A stretch of DNA of 61,204 bases from Clostridiales bacterium (GCA_016282315.1 JAEEKG010000031.1:1-61204), one strand, 5' to 3'. Positions 39,277-49,176 are shown, counted from the first letter of the stretch. Notes: generated by a model from the sequence alone, not told the origin. Numbers and translations are program-made.

Positions 39277-41772
39277 TTAATCCTCCACAAGATTTGTTTC
39301 TTTCACAGTTTTTTCTGTCGGATTCAGTTTAAGTGTTTTAACTTCACATGGACCTAAAACATAGTTTCCTGATATGCCCAAAGTCGGCAATTCAAGGGTT
39401 ACTTCTTTGTCTTTAAATGTTGAGTTGAACAATCTGATAATAAAGAATTCGCCTCTCTCAGCTTTCTTGAACACCGGCATTGTAACACTTTCACCCTTGA
39501 GCACTGCAAAAGGTTTTATTGTGTTTTCTTTGTCTTTTTCACAACCGATAGGGAAGAATGACATAGCTGAAGGTGGTTCAGCAAATACTGAAGAACTTCT
39601 TTCAATATTGTCTTCAATATATTCTCTGTTGCCTGCTTTTAATACGAATTCAAAAGTGTGTTCTCCCTGATCAATAAGATCTGAATATCTATCTTGTTCC
39701 ATTATATATGGCTTTCTGACTGAGAAATCACTCTTTCCTGCTGAATACCCGGGAGCTCTGAGCATTGTGATTCTGATCTCTCCGTCAAGATAGTCTGAAC
39801 CATATGTTCCGTTATTTATAACTGCAAAGGCATTTTCTCTGTCAGCAGCCATAACCCACTTTTGAGCAACCATTTCTTCGCCGTTTGAAAGCAATGATTC
39901 GGTTGAATATGCTGTTTGGCCAAGATATTCGCCATCAACAGTTGTAGGGATTGACAGCTTGAGCATCTTCATCTTTTCGTTCCAGAATACTTTTTCAGTG
40001 ATTTTGATTTCAGAACTGTATTTGTCCAGGTAATATCTTCTTACAATTACGCTGCGATTGTATTTGAAAATAGCTTCAACAATAGTTCTGACATCGCCAT
40101 CTTCGATGACTCTTACAGGGGACAATTCTTTTGTTTGTTGGATGCCGCAGAAATCTGCTGCTTCTTCAGCAGTCATTAATTCAAATCTGCCTACAACATC
40201 TCTGAATGCTCTCTCCTTGAAAGCCCATGAGTTTTCATCGTCGTGAACAACAATCGGTCTTAAAGAATCGTTTGAGACGTATTCTTTTCCGTCCACAACA
40301 AAGCTTGTTAACAAGCCTGTTTTATTGCTGATTTTTGCCGACATCTTTTCGTTTTTGAAAACAAATTCATCACTGTTGTCAGGCTTTCTGTCAGCAGGTG
40401 TAGGAATAAGCTCTATTCTTACGTCGTATCTTTGCATTGATGTTGCAGGAAAAGTAGCTTTGAATACGCTCTTTATACGCCAGTCAACATTGAAGTTTGA
40501 TACCTCATGCTCTCTTTGAGATACCACTTTTTCACCGTTGTGTGTTATTACGGGCATTGCATAAAGATCTCTGTTCTTGTTCTGGTCTGGCAATTGATAT
40601 TCTACTTCTATTGTTTCTGTAACAGGATACGGATGCGGGTTATATACAAATACAGGGATAGTTCCTTCTTCTGCCTTTTTCTGGTCTGAACACAGAGACA
40701 GGAATGCGTGTATTCTTGTGTCCTTTAATTCTTTTAGTCCGTGGCCGGCAACAGCTGTTGCATATTGTTCAACAGGCTTGATTGCAGATCCCGGAAGAAT
40801 GTCATGGAATTCATCGAGCAATAAGTCTTTTGTGACTTTTTTCATTGTCTCGGCAGGGTAGGTCATCAAGTTTGAAAAACTTGCGTGAGCAGCCATTTTT
40901 TCCGTTTTGAACAATTCGTTTTCCAGTTGTCTGTGAAGCATCTTTATTCTGCTCTGAGTTGTATAACAACCTGTGTATCTTGGGTTCAGAATACCTCTGT
41001 ACTCAGGGATATTATTCTCTTTTTCGAGCAATTCGGAAAAATATGCTTCGGGGTTGGAATGAATTATGTTATATGCTTCTGTATTTTCATTCAATTCTTT
41101 AATCTTTTGATAGTCAACTCTTGATGGACCGCCGCCATGGTTTCCGATTCCCCACAATACAAGTCCAACTTTTGCGTTTGGATTTTTGTCCATCCAACCT
41201 TTGATTTTTAAATCTGCTTCACCTCTGTGAGATTCATATGAGTTATATGCTCTGTGGCAGAGAATCTTTGAACCATCCGGTCCAACCCAATAGAAATCTT
41301 CTGCAGGAAGATTGAGCATGTCAGGCTCCGGTCTGCAGAACAAATATGACTTATATCCGGATTTTGCCAATATTTGTACTAAGCCTCTGGAGTGACCGAA
41401 AGAGTCAAAGTTCATGGCATCTGTCGGAACTACTCCGAATTTTTCTTTGAAATAGTATCTTCCTTCAAGTATCTGACGAACAAAGCTTTCTCCTGATGGC
41501 ATGTTTGCATCGGGTTGTAGATACCAACCACCCATAATGTGCCATTTTCCCTCTTTGACCAGTTTTTGAATTCTGGCAAAGAGCACAGGGTCATATTCTT
41601 CAACCCATTGATATAAGATTGCTTCATTGTGACAAAAAACAAAACCATCGTAATTGTCACAGAAATCTGCTGCTACTCTATATGTAGATAAAGTCTCTGC
41701 TACACCTTCTTCAATGTTCCAAAGCCATACTACGTCTATATGTGCGTTGCATACTAAATGTAAATTGTTCAT
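39277..41772 (-). CDS. Alpha-mannosidase, glycoside hydrolase family 38
   Basis: N-terminus HLVCNAHIDVVWLW and the GNHGGGP motif; 831 aa. Confidence 0.9.
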   Translation of the reverse strand: MNNLHLVCNAHIDVVWLWNIEEGVAETLSTYRVAADFCDNYDGFVFCHNEAILYQWVEEYDPVLFARIQKLVKEGKWHIMGGWYLQPDANMPSGESFVRQILEGRYYFKEKFGVVPTDAMNFDSFGHSRGLVQILAKSGYKSYLFCRPEPDMLNLPAEDFYWVGPDGSKILCHRAYNSYESHRGEADLKIKGWMDKNPNAKVGLVLWGIGNHGGGPSRVDYQKIKELNENTEAYNIIHSNPEAYFSELLEKENNIPEYRGILNPRYTGCYTTQSRIKMLHRQLENELFKTEKMAAHASFSNLMTYPAETMKKVTKDLLLDEFHDILPGSAIKPVEQYATAVAGHGLKELKDTRIHAFLSLCSDQKKAEEGTIPVFVYNPHPYPVTETIEVEYQLPDQNKNRDLYAMPVITHNGEKVVSQREHEVSNFNVDWRIKSVFKATFPATSMQRYDVRIELIPTPADRKPDNSDEFVFKNEKMSAKISNKTGLLTSFVVDGKEYVSNDSLRPIVVHDDENSWAFKERAFRDVVGRFELMTAEEAADFCGIQQTKELSPVRVIEDGDVRTIVEAIFKYNRSVIVRRYYLDKYSSEIKITEKVFWNEKMKMLKLSIPTTVDGEYLGQTAYSTESLLSNGEEMVAQKWVMAADRENAFAVINNGTYGSDYLDGEIRITMLRAPGYSAGKSDFSVRKPYIMEQDRYSDLIDQGEHTFEFVLKAGNREYIEDNIERSSSVFAEPPSAMSFFPIGCEKDKENTIKPFAVLKGESVTMPVFKKAERGEFFIIRLFNSTFKDKEVTLELPTLGISGNYVLGPCEVKTLKLNPTEKTVKETNLVED

Positions 41773-41955
41773 ACTCTAAACCTCACATAAAAATTGCAAA
41801 TTAATTATATCATTCAAGCTACACCAAAACAACAAAAAGACAAAAAGACAAATATGAAATAACGGAAAAACATGCAAGTTTGAAAATTATTCTTGATAAT
41901 GCAACAAATTTTGTTACAATATACTTTGCAATGACAAAACTATGGGAGGAGAAAT

Positions 41956-42543
41956 ATGGCTTGGCTTATTACGGATAAATCTGACGTTAAGATATTTATC
42001 CTTTATTTACTTATGCGCATTGATCGTCCCGTGGATTTTATTACGCTGAATGATATAGCGGTTCAAGATGGCTATGTAAGTCAATTTGATTTTATGGATG
42101 GATTCCATGAACTTAAGGCTACTTCTGCAATTGAGTCATTTAAAAATGATGACGGGGAAGAAATGTGGCAAATAACACCAGCAGGTGTAACAGCTGCTCA
42201 AACCCTTAAATCAAGTATAATGACTGAAATTATGGAAAAGGCTGCAAGATCAGCTCTTGCGCTCATATCGTTCAAACATCGTGATACAAAAGTCAGCAGC
42301 TCAATTACAAAAGATAAAAATGGCAAATATGTTGTAAACATGGTAGCTAAAGATAAAGAACAAGAGTTTATGAACATATCCCTTTCTTTTGATTCTCAAC
42401 ACACAGCGGAAGCTATGAAGAGCAGTTTTGACAGATCACCTGAACTTGTGTACAGAGGTTTGCTTGGTATTTTGTCCGGTGACATAAATTACCTGGCCGA
42501 TGCGTGGAACAGTGGACCGGTGGAGGAAATCAACAATGTCTGA
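41956..42543 (+). CDS. DUF4364-like protein
   Basis: Weak family recognition from the N-terminal winged-helix-like pattern (DKSDVKIFILYLL...). Confidence 0.5.
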   Translation: MAWLITDKSDVKIFILYLLMRIDRPVDFITLNDIAVQDGYVSQFDFMDGFHELKATSAIESFKNDDGEEMWQITPAGVTAAQTLKSSIMTEIMEKAARSALALISFKHRDTKVSSSITKDKNGKYVVNMVAKDKEQEFMNISLSFDSQHTAEAMKSSFDRSPELVYRGLLGILSGDINYLADAWNSGPVEEINNV

Positions 42544-43561
42544 AGAAAAGAAAAAACGCCACAATCTGTATGATTTTCTGACAGGCGGTAATAAAAACAG
42601 AGCTGATGTTGATTTGAGAAGCCAGATAAAAGGTTTCAACACAAAAAACATGTTCAGGCTGTACTTTAGAAGATTCAGACAAATAACAACAGTAAATGTA
42701 ATGATTATCTTGTCTAATTTTCCATTGGTATTCCTAATAATTGCAATCAGCGGTGTTGTCAGCCATACGACAACAGCACCGGTACATCCTTTGTACTCAG
42801 TGGCTTATGGTATAACAACAATTTCCGGAACGACCCCGGCGACAGTATTTATGTCCGGATTGTTTATGGAAACGAGTGTAATGTATTATCCGAGTGTATG
42901 GACATATGTCTTCTATGCTTTGGGTTGTCTTGAATTTCTGACCATAGGACTCAGTAACGTAGGAATTATGTATGTGATGAGAAACCTTGTTAGGGGCGAA
43001 CCTTTATTCCTTCCAAGCGATTTCTTCAGTTCAATCAAGACCAATTACAAACAGGGAATTGCAGCAGGAATAATTGACAGCATTTTGCTTGTGTTGTGCG
43101 GTTTTTCAGTCTATTCTTACTGGGTAAATTACGGCAACTATTACATTTTGTTTTATGCGTCAATATTGATGATGGTCCTTTACCTGATGCTCAGGACATT
43201 CATTTACTTAATGATAGTCACATTTGATCTGAAATTCAGGCATGTCATCAAAAATTCATTGTCTTTTACGATACTTGCATTTGGCAGACATTTCTTGGCG
43301 CTTTTAGGCGGATTGTTGCTTTGCCTGTTGTTCTATGCCTTGTCTGTAACGGTATTTATTCCAATAGGCGTGATAGCATTCCTTGTGTTCATACCGGCAA
43401 CTGTAATGTATTTTACAACTTATGTGTCTTACTGGAGAGTTAATGATATAATGATTGAACCATATTATCAAAAACATCCAAATGAAAGGCCAAAAATTGA
43501 ATCCGAAGGGGAAGTGTACACGGGAGAAACGGATGACCCTGGCGATGAGCCTCTAGAATAA
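42536..43561 (+). CDS. DUF624 (YesL-like) membrane protein
   Basis: I place the start at the ATG at 42536, which overlaps the upstream stop. Polytopic membrane protein. Confidence 0.5.
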   Translation: MSEEKKKRHNLYDFLTGGNKNRADVDLRSQIKGFNTKNMFRLYFRRFRQITTVNVMIILSNFPLVFLIIAISGVVSHTTTAPVHPLYSVAYGITTISGTTPATVFMSGLFMETSVMYYPSVWTYVFYALGCLEFLTIGLSNVGIMYVMRNLVRGEPLFLPSDFFSSIKTNYKQGIAAGIIDSILLVLCGFSVYSYWVNYGNYYILFYASILMMVLYLMLRTFIYLMIVTFDLKFRHVIKNSLSFTILAFGRHFLALLGGLLLCLLFYALSVTVFIPIGVIAFLVFIPATVMYFTTYVSYWRVNDIMIEPYYQKHPNERPKIESEGEVYTGETDDPGDEPLE

Positions 43562-43569
43562 TAAATTTG

Positions 43570-43598
43570 GGATGATTCTAACGAGTCATCCTTTTTTT
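43570..43598 (+). terminator. Rho-independent terminator
   Basis: GGATGA / TCATCC stem followed by T7. Confidence 0.6.
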
Positions 43599-43602
43599 GT
43601 GC

Positions 43603-43633
43603 AAAAAAAGTGCACACCGTTATCGATGTGCAC
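43603..43633 (-). terminator. Rho-independent terminator of the PrsA-like gene
   Basis: GTGCACA / TGTGCAC stem; T7 on the minus strand. Confidence 0.6.
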
Positions 43634-43645
43634 CATGAAACTATA

Positions 43646-45124
43646 TTAATATTTTCCGCTTATGTCGTTCAACACTTTTCTGTTTTCGTTAACTCCGATG
43701 TCACTTAGCTTTTCTACCATCTGGTCGAAATCTTCTTTAAACAGTACTTTGTAAACATCACCTTTGTATGCCGGCAAACCTTCATCTTCAAAGTAAACTA
43801 TATGGTATCCGTATGATGATGTAATAACATCCGCATCACCGTGTTTTCTTTCATCACTGAAAGTCCAGTTGTTGAATCCTGCCACAAGTTCTTTTTCTTT
43901 TACATAAGGATACAAACCACCTCTTGAAATAGAACCCGGGTCTGAAGAATAAGCACAGACAAGTTGAGTGAAATATTCAAGTGTTGGGTTGCTTTTGAAT
44001 TTTTCCATTACGGAATTTGCCATTTTTTCAGCTTTTTCATCTGAACCATAAGTGTTTGCATCAAACAAAATATGTCTTACAGTTCTTGTCTTTGATGTAT
44101 CTGGAGCAATATCTGAAACAATATAATATACTGTCAAAGTTCCTTTTGTTTCATCATCGGATTGTGTGGTGTTAACAACTCGGCTTGAGTACTTTTCAGA
44201 TGTGAACAGCCAATCAATCAAATCATCAGTAAGTTCATTGTCATTCTTTGTCACAGTGAATGTATGTTCATCAATTGATTGATCGGGATTTGAGTCATTG
44301 TCTTCTTTGAGGAATTGTTTATATACAACCAAAAACAATCTGTAGTCTTCAGCCTCTGAGAGAGAAGTGATTCTTTGATTTATCTGTTCAAATGTCTGAG
44401 AGTCGTAAGAGTAAGAAACTCTCATGTATTTGATTTGATCGTAATCATCTCTGTGTTGTTCGTAATACTCGTCAATTTCTTCCTCTGTGACTTCAATTCC
44501 GGAAGTTATTTTTGTCATGTATTTACTTGCAAGAGTTTGCAGTTTCAGACAATTTGCAACATCGTCAGTATTTACACCGTGACCTATTTTAGATAAATCC
44601 GTTTCTTTTGCCCTGATGTTTACCGCGTATAGATCTTCATCACTTAACGTTATACCGTTCTTTAAAGCAAGTTCGCAGGATCTCAGCAAAGATTTTGCAG
44701 TGTTTTCCGCATCATCTTCGAAATAGTCAAACCAGGTTTTGTTACCGGTTCCCATTGATTCTGTTGCATAAGAACATTGCTGATCCTTCAGGTCCTTTGT
44801 CGTATCAACAGGCAGATATTCACCGAAATATTCCTTAAATGAGTTATAGCTGTCATACACTAAATATGACATCATTGTTCCATCTACTGAAAAGTTATCT
44901 GTTTTCAGGAAAACCTGGCTGCGCAATTTAACACCGGAGTTTTCAATTATAGTTAGTGCAATGAATACTAACGCTAATACAAGACAAACTGCAATCAGAG
45001 CAATTACGGAAATCTTTAAAATCTTCTTGTTTCTTGCCTTCTTCTGAAGTGATTGCTGATATTCCTGCTCTCTGCGCTTTTTCTTTTCGGCAGCTGCCTG
45101 TTTATTTCTGACTTTATTTGGCAT
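43646..45124 (-). CDS. Membrane-anchored PpiC/parvulin-type peptidyl-prolyl isomerase (PrsA-like foldase)
   Basis: N-terminal TM anchor and a C-terminal rotamase domain (VRHILF...GGLYPYV...GYHIVY). I prefer the ATG at 45124 after AGAGGAA. Confidence 0.8.
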   Translation of the reverse strand: MPNKVRNKQAAAEKKKRREQEYQQSLQKKARNKKILKISVIALIAVCLVLALVFIALTIIENSGVKLRSQVFLKTDNFSVDGTMMSYLVYDSYNSFKEYFGEYLPVDTTKDLKDQQCSYATESMGTGNKTWFDYFEDDAENTAKSLLRSCELALKNGITLSDEDLYAVNIRAKETDLSKIGHGVNTDDVANCLKLQTLASKYMTKITSGIEVTEEEIDEYYEQHRDDYDQIKYMRVSYSYDSQTFEQINQRITSLSEAEDYRLFLVVYKQFLKEDNDSNPDQSIDEHTFTVTKNDNELTDDLIDWLFTSEKYSSRVVNTTQSDDETKGTLTVYYIVSDIAPDTSKTRTVRHILFDANTYGSDEKAEKMANSVMEKFKSNPTLEYFTQLVCAYSSDPGSISRGGLYPYVKEKELVAGFNNWTFSDERKHGDADVITSSYGYHIVYFEDEGLPAYKGDVYKVLFKEDFDQMVEKLSDIGVNENRKVLNDISGKY

Positions 45125-45176
45125 AATCAATTCCTCTATGAATTAGAAATCCCAGATTTTTATCTGGGAATATCTA

Positions 45177-45662
45177 TTATTCAGCTTCTTTTTCTGTTGT
45201 TTCTTCCGTTGAAGTTTCTTCTGTTGAAGGTTCTTCAGATTGTTCGCTTGAACAGCAACAGCAGGATTCTTTATTTTCTTCCTGCTCGCCTGAACAACAA
45301 CATGATTCCTGATTGTCTTCTTTGCAGCAGCAATCATCGTCCTTGCAGCAGCAACATTCATCGTCTTTACAACAACAAGTATTGCCACCAACTTTGGAAA
45401 TAACATTCTTTACGCAGCTGACACCTTTCTGAACAGCGCTTGTAACATTTTCTTTAAGTGTTGCTAAGTCGCTCTGTGAGGGCAAACCTGCGAAGTTGGC
45501 ATTGAATTGTTTGTTTACTGTGCCGTCCTCGTTTGTGGTTTTCTTGAAAGTATATTTAAATAAAACTGAACGATACACAGTTTCATCATTTGTTTCATTT
45601 GTTTTTGAACAGAATGGGGTTAACAAAAGTGCTGCAGCAGCGGCAACTACTAATCCTTTCAT
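45177..45662 (-). CDS. Secreted or lipid-anchored protein with five CCC/CCCC runs (function unknown)
   Basis: Strong SD (GGGAGGA, 7 nt spacing). Signal peptide MKGLVVAAAAALLLTPFC. Residues 96-137 read CCCKDDECCCCKDDDCCCKEDNQESCCCSGEQEENKESCCCC, followed by an acidic S/T/E tail. Confidence 0.7.
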   Translation of the reverse strand: MKGLVVAAAAALLLTPFCSKTNETNDETVYRSVLFKYTFKKTTNEDGTVNKQFNANFAGLPSQSDLATLKENVTSAVQKGVSCVKNVISKVGGNTCCCKDDECCCCKDDDCCCKEDNQESCCCSGEQEENKESCCCCSSEQSEEPSTEETSTEETTEKEAE

Positions 45663-45804
45663 TTTTACATCCTCCCTGATAAATTAGTTGTAATGAAATT
45701 ATACTATAAATATAAGAAAAATCAAGAGTAAACAAATCGAATTGGTTTGAAGCTGTATTGTAAAGAAGGCGGTTGTGTGGTAAGATTGTTGCGAAAAGAA
45801 GGTG

Positions 45805-46506
45805 ATGAATTTGATTATTTCAGGAGTGCAAAAACTGACCTTACTGGACTATCCAGGCCACACTGCATGTACAGTTTTCTTTTCCGGTTGCAATTTCAGA
45901 TGTCCATTTTGTCACAATGCAATATTAGTTGAAAGGCCTAATGAGACTATAAGAATTCCGGAAGAAGAATTCTTTTCTTTTTTGAACAAGAGAAAAGGGC
46001 TGCTTGATGGTGTTGCCATAACGGGCGGCGAGCCTACGCTCAACAAAGATTTGCCCGAATTCATGTCAAAAATAAAAGAACTCGGTTATGCAGTCAAACT
46101 CGATTCCAATGGTACAAACCCGGAAATGCTCAAAAGAATCATTGATGAAAAACTTGTTGACTACATAGCTATGGATATAAAGAATTCAAAAGAGAAGTAC
46201 CCTATTACATCAGGGGTTGATGAAAGATTCATGCCAAAAGTGGAAGAGTCAGTTGAATTGCTTATGCAAGGAAGAGTCGATTTTGAATTCAGAACCACAA
46301 TAGTAAAAGAATTCCATACAATTGAAGATATGGTGAAAATAAGCGAATGGATCAAGGGGGATGAAAAATACTTCCTTCAGGCATTCAAGGATTCGGGTGA
46401 CCTAATAAACCCTGATTTGCAGGGAATAGAGTACTCTGAATATGAAAAATATCTTCAAGCTGTAAAACCATTGCTTCCCAATTCTGCATTAAGGGGAGTG
46501 TCATAG
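45805..46506 (+). CDS. nrdG: Anaerobic ribonucleoside-triphosphate reductase activating protein (radical SAM)
   Basis: CNFRCPFCHN cluster motif with the preceding LLDYPG; GGEPT. Confidence 0.9.
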   Translation: MNLIISGVQKLTLLDYPGHTACTVFFSGCNFRCPFCHNAILVERPNETIRIPEEEFFSFLNKRKGLLDGVAITGGEPTLNKDLPEFMSKIKELGYAVKLDSNGTNPEMLKRIIDEKLVDYIAMDIKNSKEKYPITSGVDERFMPKVEESVELLMQGRVDFEFRTTIVKEFHTIEDMVKISEWIKGDEKYFLQAFKDSGDLINPDLQGIEYSEYEKYLQAVKPLLPNSALRGVS

Positions 46507-46513
46507 AAAAAGT

Positions 46514-46554
46514 GCAATGCTTTGGTCATTTGAGTCTGAAGCATTGCTTTTTTT
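46514..46554 (+). terminator. Rho-independent terminator after nrdG
   Basis: GCAATGCTT / AAGCATTGC stem followed by T7. Confidence 0.7.
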
Positions 46555-46573
46555 ACATATTGTATCACACCAC

Positions 46574-46589
46574 ACACAATATATAGATG
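46574..46589 (+). promoter_or_regulatory. Possible distal NrdR box
   Basis: ACACAATATATAGATG matches the left two thirds of the NrdR-box consensus (acaCwAtATaTwGtgt); the right arm is degenerate. Confidence 0.3.
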
Positions 46590-46668
46590 TGCACCAATTA
46601 CACCCCAAAAATAGCTGATTATATAGCAGATATATAGACAAATTGCCATTTGTTACACAAAAGTATAT

Positions 46669-46684
46669 CAACAACATATTGTGC
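46669..46684 (+). promoter_or_regulatory. NrdR box 1
   Basis: CAACAACATATTGTGC is identical at 13 of 16 positions to the reverse complement of box 2. Confidence 0.55.
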
Positions 46685-46710
46685 AAAAGACCCAAAATGT
46701 CCCATAAAAA

Positions 46711-46726
46711 ACACAATATGTTGTGT
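46711..46726 (+). promoter_or_regulatory. NrdR box 2
   Basis: ACACAATATGTTGTGT is a close match to the NrdR-box consensus. It lies 42 nt from box 1 and abuts the -35 element. Confidence 0.7.
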
Positions 46727-46734
46727 TTTAGCCC

Positions 46735-46763
46735 TTGACAGTATAATTGCTATATGTTATATT
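46735..46763 (+). promoter_or_regulatory. nrdD promoter
   Basis: TTGACA, 17 nt spacer, TATATT. An alternative is TTGTGT (inside box 2), 15 nt spacer, TATAAT at 46742-46747. Confidence 0.5.
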
Positions 46764-46805
46764 TGTATGCGTTAAGGAATTTTTGGAGATTGGAAGGGGA
46801 AAATT

Positions 46806-49172
46806 ATGTACAGAGTAATCAAGAGAGACGGAAAAGTTACCGAATTTGATCTTGTTAAAATTAACGAAGCGATAAAGAAAGCTTTTGAAGCAACAAAAAC
46901 AAATTATACTGATCAAATCATCGATTTCATCTCTTTGAAAGTAACAGCAGACTTCAACAAAAAGATTAAAAATGATCAGATCTCAGTTGAAGATATCCAG
47001 GACAGCGTTGAAAAGGTTCTTGGAGAAGCAGGATATGGAGATGTAGCAAAAGCTTACATTCTCTACAGAAAGAACAGAGAAAAGATACGTAACATGAATG
47101 CTACCTACCTTGACTACAAAGCATTGGTAGACAGCTATGTTAAAGCGACAGACTGGCGTGTTAAAGAGAACTCAACAGTTACCTACTCAGTAGGCGGTCT
47201 TATTCTTTCTAACTCAGGCGCAATAACAGCAAACTATTGGTTGTCTGAAATATATGACCAGGAAATTGCAGACGCACACAGAAACGGCGATATACACATC
47301 CATGACCTCAGCATGCTCACAGGTTATTGTGCAGGTTGGTCATTAAGACAGCTCATCAAAGAAGGTCTTGGCGGAGTAGCAGGAAAGATTTCAAGCTCAC
47401 CAGCTAGCCACCTTGCAACACTTTGTAACCAGATGGTTAACTTCCTCGGAATCATGCAGAATGAATGGGCTGGTGCTCAGGCATTCTCATCATTCGATAC
47501 ATATCTTGCACCATTTGTTCGCGAAGATAAACTTGATTATCAGCAAGTTAAAAAATGTATTGAATCATTTATATATGGCGTTAATACTCCATCAAGATGG
47601 GGTACACAGGCTCCGTTCTCAAATATTACACTCGACTGGAAAGTTCCGGCTGACCTTGCTGAACAACCATGTATAGTCGGCGGCAAAGAAATGAGCTACA
47701 CATACGCTGATTGTAAAAAAGAAATGGATATGGTTAACAAAGCATTCATCGAAGTCATGATAGAAGGCGATGCAAATGGCAGAGGATTCCAGTACCCAAT
47801 TCCAACATACTCAATCACAAGAGACTTTGATTGGTCTGAAACAGAGAACAACAAACTTCTCTTTGAAATGGCAAGTAAATACGGTACACCATACTTTTCT
47901 AACTATGTAAACTCAGATATGGAGCCAAGCGATGTTCGTAGTATGTGCTGCAGACTGAGACTTGACTTGAGAGAACTCCGTAAGAAATCCGGTGGTTTCT
48001 TTGGAAGCGGCGAATCAACAGGTTCAGTTGGTGTTGTTACAATCAACATGCCAAGAATAGCATACCTGTCCAAAACAGAAGAAGAATTCTATCAGAGACT
48101 TGATAGAATGATGGATATTTCAGCTCGTTCCTTGAAGACAAAACGTACTGTTATAACAAAACTCTTGGATGAAGGTTTGTATCCATACACAAAGAGATAT
48201 CTCGGAACATTTAATAACCACTTCTCAACAATAGGTCTTGTCGGTATGAACGAAGCAGGCCTCAACGCTTGCTGGATCAAGAAAGATATGACTCATCCCG
48301 AGACACAGCAGTTCACAATCAACGTCCTCAATCACATGCGTGAAAGACTCATGGATTACCAGGAAAAATACGGTGATTTGTACAACCTTGAAGCAACTCC
48401 TGCTGAAGCAACATCATACAGACTTGCTAAACATGACAAGGCAAAATATCCGGATATTATCACAGCAAGCATGAGTGAAACACCATACTATACTAACTCA
48501 AGCCATCTTCCGGTTGGATACACAGACGATATATTCACAGCTCTGGATATCCAGGATGAATTGCAGACATTGTACACATCAGGTACTGTATTCCATGCAT
48601 TCCTCGGAGAAAAGCTCCCTGACTGGAAAGCAGCAGCTGATCTTGTAAGAAAGATTTCTGAAAATTACAGACTTCCTTATTACACATTGTCACCAACATA
48701 TTCAATCTGTACTGATCACGGATATCTCGCAGGTGAACAATATACTTGCCCGATATGCGGTAAAAAGACAGAAGTAAACAGCCGTATTACAGGTTACTAT
48801 CGTCCTGTTCAGAACTGGAACGACGGAAAAGCTCAAGAGTTCAAACAGCGTAAAGAATATGTCATTGCTACATCTAAATTGACACACAAAGGTGTCCTCC
48901 AGAATGCAAGTGACTGTCCTCCAGTAACAAAAGAGCAAATCAACGAAGTATCAGATGAACTCAAATTGTTTACTACAAAAACATGCCCGAACTGTAAGAT
49001 AGCTAAACAAATGCTCGAAAAAGCAGGTATTTCTTACACAAATCTCTATGCAGATGAACATAAAGAAGAAGCTATCAATTTGGGAATCAACCAAGCACCA
49101 ACACTTGTTGTAGGCGGCAATAAGTACAAAGGTGTTCCGGAAATCAAGAAATACATAGAATCACTTTCATAA
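46806..49172 (+). CDS. nrdD: Anaerobic (class III) ribonucleoside-triphosphate reductase with an N-terminal ATP-cone and a C-terminal fused thioredoxin-fold (CPNC) domain
   Basis: ATP-cone at the start (MYRVIKRDGKV.EFD), the finger-loop SMCCRL, the Zn ribbon CTDHG...CPICG and the glycyl-radical motif SRITGYYRPV. About 70 extra residues follow: LKLFTTKTCPNCKIAK...APTLVVGG. Confidence 0.93.
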   Translation: MYRVIKRDGKVTEFDLVKINEAIKKAFEATKTNYTDQIIDFISLKVTADFNKKIKNDQISVEDIQDSVEKVLGEAGYGDVAKAYILYRKNREKIRNMNATYLDYKALVDSYVKATDWRVKENSTVTYSVGGLILSNSGAITANYWLSEIYDQEIADAHRNGDIHIHDLSMLTGYCAGWSLRQLIKEGLGGVAGKISSSPASHLATLCNQMVNFLGIMQNEWAGAQAFSSFDTYLAPFVREDKLDYQQVKKCIESFIYGVNTPSRWGTQAPFSNITLDWKVPADLAEQPCIVGGKEMSYTYADCKKEMDMVNKAFIEVMIEGDANGRGFQYPIPTYSITRDFDWSETENNKLLFEMASKYGTPYFSNYVNSDMEPSDVRSMCCRLRLDLRELRKKSGGFFGSGESTGSVGVVTINMPRIAYLSKTEEEFYQRLDRMMDISARSLKTKRTVITKLLDEGLYPYTKRYLGTFNNHFSTIGLVGMNEAGLNACWIKKDMTHPETQQFTINVLNHMRERLMDYQEKYGDLYNLEATPAEATSYRLAKHDKAKYPDIITASMSETPYYTNSSHLPVGYTDDIFTALDIQDELQTLYTSGTVFHAFLGEKLPDWKAAADLVRKISENYRLPYYTLSPTYSICTDHGYLAGEQYTCPICGKKTEVNSRITGYYRPVQNWNDGKAQEFKQRKEYVIATSKLTHKGVLQNASDCPPVTKEQINEVSDELKLFTTKTCPNCKIAKQMLEKAGISYTNLYADEHKEEAINLGINQAPTLVVGGNKYKGVPEIKKYIESLS

Positions 49173-49176
49173 CAAT

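Noticed and set aside
45053-45406. 116-aa (+) and 87-aa (-) ORFs overlapping the Cys-run gene
   Set aside because: These are artefacts of the repetitive TGC/TGT/GAT codon runs, which read as open frames in several phases. They lack an SD, whereas the 161-aa frame has a strong SD and a signal peptide.
46507-46805. Possible riboswitch (for example cobalamin) in the long nrdG-nrdD spacer
   Set aside because: I found no B12-box or conserved riboswitch core. The spacer is explained by a terminator, NrdR boxes and a promoter, and class III RNR is not B12-dependent.
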